Shown: positions 50,991 to 61,736 of the stretch, piece by piece
How positions within the stretch are numbered: the stretch's first letter is position 1
Layout: every line of letters begins with the position of its first letter
Assembly (NCBI GenBank): GCA_033442325.1
Contig: JAWQFM010000002.1
Span: forward strand, 420,444-484,443
Origin: Salpingoeca rosetta
Taxonomy: Eukaryota > Protista > Choanoflagellata
Reading direction: 5' to 3'
DNA length: 64,000 bases
The notes under the pieces: model-generated
The model's database searches: none
Seen by the model: only the letters and a program-made list of their open reading frames with translations
Told to the model about the DNA's origin: nothing
Position numbers and translations under genes: made by a program

Positions 50991-53900
50991 GCACCGTCGT
51001 ACGGCTGCAGCTTGCGCCGCACAATGCCGCCGTCCGTGCACGTGCCCATGATGCCGAGCGACGCGCTGCAGTAGTCGCGGGACACACGCCCGTCAACGTT
51101 GAAGAACTTGCCGGAGAGCGTCACCGTGACCTTGAGGAAGTCTGGGCCGGTGACGACGTACGAGCGCTGCGACTCGCGAACAAGCTTGTACCCGTACCCG
51201 AGCTGGAGCGAGCCACTCAGGTCGAGCAGGGAGCCGCCCACGCGCAGCGCAACGGCCGCCGTCTCAAAGTCCGCGTCCAATACAACGGTCACGTCGTCCT
51301 CAATCACAATGCGCACTTGGTTCGTGCACGAGGCCGAGGAGTACAGGCACTTGACCTGGCGCGCGTACACCTCAAACGCCTCAGTGGGGGACGCGCTCAT
51401 GAGGAACGTGCCCTGCAGATCAAACGTGAAGGAGCGGCCAATCAGGTTGGTGAAGTAACCCTCGCCAAAGATGGACCACAGCGGCAGCTGCACCACAGGC
51501 AGGTCTACGTCAGACACGGAGCAGTCTGCGCCAGACTTGCCAGCCGTGCACGAGGAGCACTGGTCGTCGCCCTGCCAGTCGGGCTCGCACAAGCAGGTGC
51601 CCGAGGTGACCCGGCACGTCCCGTGGTCGGAGCAGGGGTGCACCGCACCGCCCGGACACACACCCGCACACGAGTCGCCCCAATAGCCTGAAAGGCACGC
51701 GCAGCTTGGAGAGCTGGAGGCCGCGTCAAAGGTGCCGAAGAAGCACGTCTGGCTGCAGGCAGCACCGAAGAAGTCTGGGAAGCGGATCACGCCCTGCGGG
51801 AAAGACTGGCAGTACGAGGCGCCGGGCCACGTCGTGACGACGTCCAAGGACGCCTGGCACATGTCCGCAAAGCCAACGATGGGCACAATGCCGAGCGCCA
51901 GGGCCTCGCCTCGCGAAATGTCGGCCGTGCACGAGTCCTCAAAGTACTGGCGGATGGCCGGCCCCAGCTGGCGGCACGTGACCCCAAAGGCGGAGGTGGC
52001 GTTGAAGGCGGCCTGACACCGGCGCTGGGCCTCGATACGAAGCGTGACGCTCGTCCACGACGTCTTGTACAGCGCGTCAATGCCCGTCGACATGCTGTCA
52101 ATGGCAATGTTGGCGTCCGAGAAGCGCCAGGTCGGTGCGCGGTACACGCTGCGCGGTGGCAGGTAGAGGCAAGGGGCGTCAAACTCCGCCGACGCGCAGT
52201 CAATGCTGGACGCGCTGTCGCGCACGCTCTCGCCCTGGCCCTCGTTAAACTTCCACAGGGAGGCGAGCCCGCTGGCGTCTGGCTGCACACTGGTGCCCCA
52301 GGTGCGGGAGATCTCGCGCGCGGTCAGGCGCTTGTTCCAGATGCGCAGCTCGTCAATGGAGCCGACAAAGACAGATGCCGGCGCAGAGTCGCCGCCAATG
52401 GTGGAGAGGCCAAACTGGCCCAGCGTCAGCGTCCCACCGGGGCGGAACGGGTTGCCGGCCAGCACAAACGTAAACGATTTGGGCTGTGGCAGGCCGTCCG
52501 AGCCGATGGTGGGGTGCGACACAAAGTAGTGCAGCTCCAGCAGGTTGTTGAGGCCGTTGAGGACGGGCGCCACACCAGCGAAATCTGGTTCCAGCTGTCG
52601 AGCTCAAGCGCAATGTCCGTTTCGTATACGCGGCCATTCCAGATGATGACGAGCTGCCCCGAGACAAACTCGGGCGGGCACGGCGTGACGCTGTCCAGGC
52701 ACACCAGCCGGTTCACCACGGCGAACGTGTGGCTTGTGGCAAAGGACAGCAGCGTGCCCCCGTGCGCCTCGGCAAACACGAGAAACTCGAGCGTGATGGC
52801 GGCGTCGGAGAACGTGTACAGCGGCTTGCTGGAGCAACCCGTGTCGTTGAAGTGCAGCGCAAACCCTGCCACGGAATCCTCGCGCCGCTCGTTGTAGCCG
52901 GCGTACCCGTACACCACGCCAAAGGGCGAGTTGGCGCGGGTCACCGCCCAGAAGGGCCCAACCAGCTCGTGGATGTTGGTCTGCGTCAGGTTGGTGGAGA
53001 CAATGGTGCCCTGGCCAACGTCCGCGAGGAACTCACCGTCGGCGTTGAACACAAAGTCATTGGTGGGCGTGTCGTCGCAGTGACCGAGCATGCCGCCAGC
53101 AAAGTTACAGATGCCCACGGGTGCGTACATGCGCGCGCTGAGGGCGCGTCCAAACACGCGCACGACAATGCGAATCTGCTTGTCCTCGCTGACAATTGTG
53201 TACGCGTGCGCCCCGGAGCGACGCAGCACGTAGTCTTCGGCAATGGTGAAATCAACAACCTGGCCTCCCAGGCCAACCTCGACCGGCCTGCCGCCAGACC
53301 ACATCAGCACCGCCTGGCCGTCCTCGTACGGCGCGCGAAGCACAAACACCGTCGAGCCCACAGTCACGGCAACCGCCGTCACGCAGAACGCCTTTCCACC
53401 GCGGCACGTCGTCTGTCGCACGTGCAGCTTCAGCTCGGGCTGCTCAGAGTCAAACACAAGCAGCTCGCCAGAGGCGTAGTAGTTGAACGCAGCGCCGTCC
53501 ATGCTCACAAAGTGGCCAAAGCCATCCACAGCAAGGTAGGGCTCTCGCCCGGGCGTCAGCTCGGTCGAAGCCACGGAGCAATCATAGCCAATCCAGCCGT
53601 CTGCACACCGCGAGCAGCTGGTGCGATACGGTGCCTTGGTCGACGGATGCTGCTCTGGTACGTGGTGGTTGGGATACGTGTAGTCAAACTCACGGCGCAC
53701 GCGCCTGCGCGCTGCTTGTGTCGATAATGCGTCGCTGTCGGCGCTGCTGCTCTCGTTGTCCTCGTCACTGTCCAGGTCGCGGCGCGGGCGGTACTCTTGG
53801 TAGTCAATGCCACTCCACCGCAGCTCACACTGGCACTCGCCCGTGGTCGCGCTGCAGGTGCCGTGGCCGTTGCACGGGTTGCTGCCGCCGCCCGGGCACT

Positions 53901-56900
53901 CAAAGTCGCACGTGTCGCCCCAGTAGCCGTGGCGGCAGCGGCACACGGGCTCGTCGAGGCCGTTTGCGGGCGTCGGCGCAACAGTGTCTGGTTGCGTCGT
54001 GGTGCTGCCACCGGTGTCAGAGCCGCCGTCGCCGTCGCCGTCGCCGTCGCCGGGAATGGTGCCCGTGCACGCCGGTGCATCTGCCACGCGGAGGATCAGG
54101 TACTTGTCGTGGAAGTTGGCCTTGGTGTTGGTCAGGACCCACGTCAAGCTGTCGGTTGCCGTGGCCAGCACAATCTTGAACACGTAGTGCACGCGGCCGG
54201 AGCGGAAGCGGGTTGGCTGGCCCAGGTTTTCGTTGGTGCGCGTTGCCGTGGACGCTGCGGTTGATGTGCCCTCCTCAGCAAAGAAGGGTGGCAGGTCTGT
54301 TGCCGCGGGCGTCACAATAAACTTGTTGTCCGGCCCGATGGGGACATTGAGGGGAACCGAGTTGAAGTTCTCGTAGCCGAGCCACACCTCATAAACGCCG
54401 TTGTCCGTCTGAGAGACGCACTCCAGCTTGGGAACAAGCGGGCGCGCATCCGAGGCCAACAGCGATACGTCGCCCGAAGCACTGTCATCCTGCGACCCAG
54501 ACCCGGTGTCCTCAGCCACCACCTCGGAGCGGTCAACGACGTCACCGTGCCCGGCCTTGCAGCGAAGGCCGCAGCCCTCGGCGCCGTAGTCCTCGTGACA
54601 GCGCGTGCAGGCAGGGTACTCCCATCCTTCCTGGCAGTAGGTGCAGCTGGCACCTGTCCAGTGTCCGTTGTCATCATCATCGTAGCACTGACAGATGTCC
54701 TCATCCTCGCCAACGCCGCGGCCGTTCACGCAGTACACGCTGCAGCCCCTCGTTGACCAGCCAATGTAGTTGTCCTCGCAGCGCTCGCAGCCCAGGCCCG
54801 TGTAGCGGTCGGCGCAGCGCTCGCACGCGTCGCCGTCAAAGCTGTTGTCGCACACGCACTCGGGCACGTCCTTTCCGGGCGGCACGACACACTGGCCGCG
54901 GCCGTAGCAGGCAGGGATGCCGGGGCACACCAAACGCTCGCACGCGTCGCCCTCAAATCCGTCGTTGCACAGACAGAACGTGTTGTTGCCCTTCACCAGG
55001 CACAGCCCACGGCTGTTGCAGTCCGGCTCCCCAGGGCAGTCGATAAACTCGCAATACTCGCCCTTGCGCCCGGGCTTACAGTGGCACTGGAGGTTGTCCA
55101 GGGAAATGCCGAGCGCTGGGTCCGGCGACACAAAGCTGCGCCGGCTTCGCTCAGCCACGGCCTCCTGCGAGGCGTGGCCGCGCCCAATCACAGCGCGACG
55201 CCGCCGGTTGGGCGCCGTGCTGTTGCTGTTGTTGTTGCCGCTGCTGCCGTCCATCAGCGTCGAGGTGCCATTGTTGCTGCCGCTGCTCGTGGTGTTGGCA
55301 CTGTCCATGCCGGGAACAGGTGTGCAGAGCAACGTGGTGTTGACAGGCTGGTCAGCGGTGTCAACGTACGTGCGACTTGCTTCGTCAAGGGTCACGTTGA
55401 CACCGTGCACTTCCAGGAACTGCTTGCCGCTGATCTGGTACGTCGCTGTTGCCAGCTGCGTGAGGTTGCAACCAAGCGGCAGAGGCCCATCCCACACCGT
55501 GCAGTTGGGGCCGGCCCAGTCCTGGATGCACTGGTTGCAGCGTGAGCCAAGGATCTTCTCGTTGAAGCACTCGCATTCCGGAACCACGCTATCGAAGTAG
55601 AGGACACACTCTCCCTGCCCAGAGCACATGGGTTCGCCGGGGCACACGTACTGGGCACAGTCCTCGCCGCCAAAGCCCGTGTCACAGTCGCAGGAGGGCA
55701 GCGCGTCCCCGTCCGGCCACACGCACTCGCCGTGGCCAGAGCAGCCGTTGGGACAGTCAAAGTCGTTGCAGTATGTCCCGGTAAAGCCGGGTTTGCACCC
55801 GCACGTGCCGAGGCCGCCGCACTCAATGTCGCAGGCAACACCGGTGTAGCATGGGTCGCACTCGCAGTTGCCGCTGTTCATCGGCACCTGGTTACCGTGT
55901 TCGCACGGCAGCTCGCATGCCGGGCCCATCCAGCCCTTGGTACAGTTGAGGCAAATGGGCGGGTCAACGCCGGCGTAGCACGTGCCGCGGCCGTTGCAGT
56001 CTGGGGTGCCAGGGCAGTCTGGGATGTCGCACCCAGGGCCGCGCCAGCCGGGGTTGCAGAAGCACAGCTGTTCCTCCGAGTTGCACACGCCGTGGCCAGT
56101 GCAGCTCTCGCCCGTGCCGGGGCAGCCCTTGATGTTGCACTTGGGCCCCCACCACGCCTCGTCGCACTCGCATGCGCCATTCACGCACACGCCGTGGTCG
56201 CTGCACTCGCGGTCGCAGTTAGGGCCGTCAAAGCAGACGGCGGGCTCGCACACGCAAATGCCAGAGTCCATGGGGATCTGCGTGCCGTTCACGCAGGGGA
56301 TGTCGCAGGCTGGACCCATCCAGCCGTGGTGACAGCCGGTGCACACTGGCGGATCTTGCAGGCCGGTGCAGTCGCCGCGACCAAAGCAATCTGGCTCGCC
56401 AGGGCAGTCTGGGATGTGGCAGCCCGTGCCAATCCAGCCGGCGTCACAGGCACACTCTTGCGTGGCCACGTTGCAGAGCCCGTGATCGGTGCATGGCGAA
56501 CCCACACCCGGGCACGCGCGCACCTCGCACAGGGGGCCCCACCAGCCAACGCCAGGCACACCGCAGTCGCAGAACGCGTTGCCGTCGTCGTCTTCAGCAC
56601 ACGTGCCGTGGTTTGAGCACTCCAGGTCGCAGCTGAAGCCGGAAAAGCAGTCGTCGCACTTGCAGTTGCCAGAGTCCATGGGCTCCTGGTGGCCGTGCAC
56701 ACAGGGGATCTCGCAGGCCGGGCCCATCCAGCCTTGCGTGCAGTTGCGGCAAACGGGCTCGCCAAGGACCTCATCAAACACACAGTCGCCGCGGTCATTG
56801 CAGTCATCGGGGCAGTCGAGCTCCTCGCAGCCTTCGCCGCGGAAGCCATCGTCGCAGGTGCAGACCTGGGTCACCTCGTTGCAGTCGCCATGCCCGGAGC

Positions 56901-59900
56901 AACTCTCGCCGTTCATGCCGGGGCAGCCGCGCACGCTGCAGTCATCGCCGTACCAGCCAAGCCACAGGCCGTCCGCTCGTCGCTCGCACTCGCACATGCC
57001 GTTGTTGCACGTGCCGTGACCAGAGCACATGATGTCGCAGCCAGCACCGGAGAAGCACTCATCGCAGACGCAGACGCCGGAGTTCTTGGGTGTCTCCGTG
57101 CCGTTGATGCAGGGCTCGTTGCAGTCAATGCCCATCCAGCCATCGTCGCAGTTTATGCAGCGCGGCTGCTCGCGGGGAAGGCCCTCGCACGTGCCGCGCC
57201 CATAGCAGTCGGGGTCACCGATGCAGTCCGGCTGGTCGCAGCCCTCGCCCAGCCAGCCAGCGTGGCATAGGCACTGCTGGGTGCTCGGCTGGCAGTCGCC
57301 GCGCCCAGAGCAGTCAATCCAACGCCAGGGCAGCCTCGGCGCTGGCAGAACTCGCCCCAGAAACCCTCACCGTTGAACGTGCCGCAATCGCAGGTGCCGT
57401 TCACGCAGGTGCCGTAGTCGTTGCACAGCAGCTCGCAGCCGTCGCCGTGATAGCACGGCTCGCACACGCAAATGCCCGAGTCCATGGGCTCCTGGCGGCC
57501 GTGAATGCAGGGCTCATCGCAGGCCTCGCCCATCCAGCCAACCGCACAGCCGGTGCAGCGCACATCGACAGTGCCATCCTCTAATACGACTGGGCGACAC
57601 GTGCCACGGTCATTACAGTCCTCGGGACAGTCTGGCGTGTCGCAGCCAATGCCCTTCCACCCGGGCTCACAGGTACACTCAAACAGGGCTTCGTTGCACT
57701 CGCCGTGGCCACTGCAGTCCAGCGGCACGCCTCGCTGCAGGACCGTGCGCGTGCCGTTGATGACCTGCACAGTGCTGCTGGAGCCGGGGCAGCCGGGAAT
57801 CTCACAGCCGGGCCCGCTGTAGCCGAGGTCAAAGTCGCACTGGCACACGCCATTGACACAGTCGCCGTGGTCACCACACACGGTGTCACAACTGATGCCC
57901 GTGTAGCAGTCCTCGCACACGCAGCCCGCCGTCTGGTTGGCAAAGGCGCCGTGCACGCACGGCAGCGAGCAATCTGGGCCCGTGAAGTTGCTGTTGCACT
58001 GGCACTGCTGCGTCAGCGGGTCGCAAGTGCCTTGGTTGTTACAGGGCGGGTTGCCGGGGCACACGGGCTCCTCACAGGCGATGCCGCGCCATGCACCGTC
58101 GCAGACACACTCTCCGGTGGCGCCGTTGCATTCGCCGTGGCCGTTGCAGTTGCCGTTCTCGCCAGGGCAGCCGGGGCGATCGCACAGCTCGCCCCGCCAC
58201 GAGTTGCCAACCTCTGTTGTGTAGCAGTCGCACTTGCCGTCGACGATGACGCCGTGGCCAGAGCACATGGCATCGCACCCGCGGCCGCTCCAGCCAGGGT
58301 CGCACTTGCAGTAGCCAGAGTCCATGGGCTCCTGGTGTCCGTGCACACAGGGCTGCTCGCAGGCCGGGCCCATCCAGCCGTCCTCGCAAGACTGGCACGT
58401 GGGCTGTCCAGGGGCAGTGGCATTGCAGAAGCCGCGGCCGTTGCAGTCTGGCGTGCCGGGGCAGTCTGGGATGTGGCAGCCAATACCGGCCCAGCCCGGG
58501 CTGCACACGCACTCCGTGGTGGCAGCGTTGCACTCGCCGTGTCCAGAGCAATCCAAGCCGTACAGACCGGGGCAGCCAGGCACCTCGCACAGGGAGCCCT
58601 TGTAACCGAGCTCAAACGTGCACTGGCACTTGCCGTTGACAATGCGGCCGTGGTTGGAGCACTCTGCGTCGCAGCCACGACCTGCCCAGCCGGGCTCGCA
58701 CACGCAGATGCCCGAGTTTGGGGGATCTTGGACGCCGTGGACGCACGGGTCGTTGCAGGCAGGGCCCATCCAGGGGCCACGGCAGTCCTGGCACAACGGT
58801 GTTGGCAGCGTGTAGTTGCAGAACCCGCGACCAAAGCAGTTTGGTGAGCCGGGGCAGTCTGGCGTCTCACAGCCGGGTCCCGTCCAGCCGGGTTCACAGT
58901 CGCACCTCGCTTCAGCGGCGTTGCACTCGCCGTTGCCAGAGCACGACTGGCCAATGCGCATGCGCTCCACGCCGCTCAGGCCACACACGCCGTCTGCCGT
59001 CTCGCCTCCGATGCAGGGCCCATTGCCCGGGCAACCGCGGATGTCACAGCGCTCGCCCCAGTAGCCGGAGAGGTAGTGGCATACGCAGGTCTTGGTGGCG
59101 GAATCAATGGTGCCGTGGCCGTTGCATTCGAGGTTGCAGCTCTCGCCTGTCCAGCCAGGGTCGCACACGCAGATGCCCGAGTTGGGAGGGTCTTGAACGC
59201 CGTGGACGCAGGGCGTGTTGCAGTCCGGGCCCATCCAGCCCTGCTCGCAGTTCTGGCACACGGGATTGGGCAGCGTGAAGTTGCAGTAGCCGCGACCAAA
59301 GCAGTCGGGCTCACCAGGGCAGTCTGGCGTCTCGCAGCCGGGGCCGCGCCAGCCAGGGTTGCACTCACACACGGCGTCGGCGGTGTTACACTCGCCGTTG
59401 CCCGAGCAGGACTTGCCAACACGCATGCGCTCGGCGTCGCTCAAGCCGCACACGCCTTCTGCCTCACTGCCTGGGAGACAGGGGCCGTTGCCTGGGCAGC
59501 CAGGTACGTCACAAAGGTCACCCCAAAACCCTTTCTCGTAGGTGCAGATGCAGAGCTTCAGGTCGGTGTTGTACTTGCCGTTGTCACTGCACTCTGCATC
59601 GCACCCGACGCCGGCCCAGCCGGGATCGCACACGCAGATGCCCGAGTTTGGCGGGGTTTCCGTGCCGGCAACGCACGGCTCGTCACAGCCGTACCCCATC
59701 CAGGGACCCACGCAGTCCACGCAGCGCACAATGTCGTAGTTGGTGGAGTCGCACGTGCCTCTGTCATGGCAGTCGGGCTCACCGGGGCAGTCTGGGATGT
59801 GGCAGCCGACGCCGCGCCAGCCGGGGTAGCAGGTACACGTGTGGTCTGCGTTATTGCACTCGCCGTTGCCCGTGCAGTCGACGCCGTAGCCAGGGCAGCC

Positions 59901-61148
59901 CGGGATGTCGCACAGGGGCCCACGCCAGCCCGTGAGGAAGTCGCACACGCACTCGCCAGTGGTGGCGTTGATCTTGCCGTGGCCGGAGCACTCGCGGTTG
60001 CAGCCCTCGCCGGCCCAGCCAGGCTCACAGACGCAGGTGCCAGAGTTTTTGGGCGTCTCTGTTCCATGCAGGCAGGGCTCGTTGCAGCCGATGCCCATCC
60101 AGCCCTCGTCGCAGTCGATGCAGCGCGGCGTGTCGGCAAAGTCTGGGCTGCAGGTGCCGCGGCCGAGGCAGTCGGGCTCGCCAGGACAGTCTGGGATGGA
60201 GCAGTCGATGCCCGCCCAGCCGACGGCACACACGCACTGGTGCAGGTAGGCGTTGCATGCGCCGTTGCCGTTGCAGTTGCGGTCGGGGCCGGGGCAGCCC
60301 GGTAGCTCGCACAGCTCACCGTACCACACGCTGTCGCAGTCGCAAACACCGCTTGAGCACGTGCCATGCTCGCTGCACTCAATCTCGCAGAACTGGCCGT
60401 GGAAGCATGCGTTGCAGCGGCACAGGTCAGCGATGCACTGGCCCTGGCCACTGCACTCCTGTTCACAAAACTGGCCACCATAGCACGGGTCACACACGCA
60501 CTGGCCCAGCGGGCTGCACTCGCCGTGGCCGTTGCATGTCGAGTCACGATCGCACTGGTACTCGCAGCGGTAGCCGGACCAGCCGGCATTGCACACGCAC
60601 TCGCCCGCAGCGTTGAGGGCGCCGTTGCTGGCCTCGCAAAAGTCTTGAAAGGAGCATGTCAGACCAGCCCAGCCTGCGTTGCATTGGCATTGGCCGGCAA
60701 CAAGGCTACCGTGGCCGCTGCAGGCGGTATTCACGCATTGCGAGCCGTCGTCGCCGTCGTCATAGGTTGGGCTGCCAGCGACAGAATAGCCCTGTTGGAT
60801 GTCAATGTTTGCTTCATGGAACGCGGAGGTGAAGACTCGTCCACCGCCACCACCGCCGCCGTAAGTTGGTGTGCAAAGGTAGCAGCTGTGGTAGCCGCCA
60901 TTGCCGCCGCGAGCCTGTGTGGTGCCGTGGCCCTCGAGGTAGTCTGCTTCCAACCAGACGCTTCCACCAGCACCGCCACCGCTGCCGCTATGGCCGGAGC
61001 CTCCGTTTGAGGAGGCGCTTCCATCATACTCAAGGCGCGTGGAAGCAATGATTTGCACCGCACCGCCGCCCTCGCTGTATCCTGCCGCAGTGCCGATCAC
61101 ACTCAGGATCAGGCAGATGAGCAGGCAAGCAGCTCGGGCCGTGCACAT
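39022..61148 (-). CDS. Giant secreted Cys-rich protein (>=~7,370 aa, no introns seen): signal peptide, partial Gly-rich repeat, EGF array, VWD, LamG, VWD-C8 array. Two 1-nt frameshifts (~57318, ~52566); C-terminus in gap
   Basis: GCCACC-ATG at 61148 and signal peptide MCTARAACLLICLILSVIGTAAG. Three long ORFs (61454-57153, 57135-52426, 52573-38708) join into one when a single base is restored inside an EGF repeat and inside the LamG domain. Confidence 0.85.
40452..41744. repeat. Identical ~402-nt direct repeat (40452-40853 = 41343-41744, offset 891 nt) inside the giant ORF
   Basis: The nucleotide sequence and its translation NIHVAVSPLFNNATGGLC...DGNGTTTTT occur twice. Confidence 0.92.
52230..52870 (-). 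other. LamG/pentraxin-like domain in the giant protein (spans the ~52566 frameshift)
   Basis: FALHFN..ITLEFLV..GGTLLSF..WNQISLVW / GGTLTLGQ..FVGSIDELRIWNKRLT..LWKFNEGQG. Confidence 0.8.
54560..60740 (-). repeat. Tenascin/teneurin-like EGF array organised as ~11 four-EGF super-repeats
   Basis: Recurring GCPG..CSGHGECN..CxCxxGWxGxxC / xPDCPGxPDCxGRGxC..GWMGxxC / PCxHGxxxPxxSGxCxC / ECSxHG, with a period of about 135-160 aa. Confidence 0.9.
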
Positions 61149-61736
61149 GGTGGCGCACGTCACTGCTGCTGTGTCGCCCGTCGTGCGGGCTTGTTTCTTT
61201 TGTCTCTGTTCTGTATGTGTTTGTGTCTCTGGGATGGATGCTGAGGATGTCGGTGGTGTTGTTGCGTTGTGGCTCGTTGTAGTTCTTGGAACAAGGGAAA
61301 TATGTTGCGGTGTTTCGTGTGTGATGCTGGCCATTCTGCAATGATGTACACAAATCATCGCGAATGAGATCTCAGAGTGTTTTCGGGTGTCGTGTCGCGA
61401 CGCTACAACGAGAGACAAATAGGACAGCACAAGCAAGGAATAGGACAGCACCATTGGGTTGTCTGACTCTTGAGGGAGACATGAATGATCATGTCACCGT
61501 TGTGACATCGCTGCACTTCAAAGTCTTCACTTGTTTATCAAGCCAGCTTGTATCGAGAAAAGCAGAGAAAATCAGAGGCAATCAGACAAATACATGCACA
61601 CACAGTAACGAAAGCACAATGCCATTTCACGACAAAACAATCGAACAACAACGACAAACTTGAGACACACACACTCATACACATGCACGCACACACGCAT
61701 GTTCACAGCCGATGCGCACGCCGCATCAACGTTTCT

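Noticed and set aside
52555-57330. Programmed ribosomal frameshifting
   Set aside because: No slippery heptamer; both shifts fall mid-domain and are explained by a homopolymer under-call.
61149-61454. N-terminal extension of the listed 1433-aa ORF
   Set aside because: The composition looks like UTR or intergenic sequence; the Kozak context and signal peptide point to ATG 61148.
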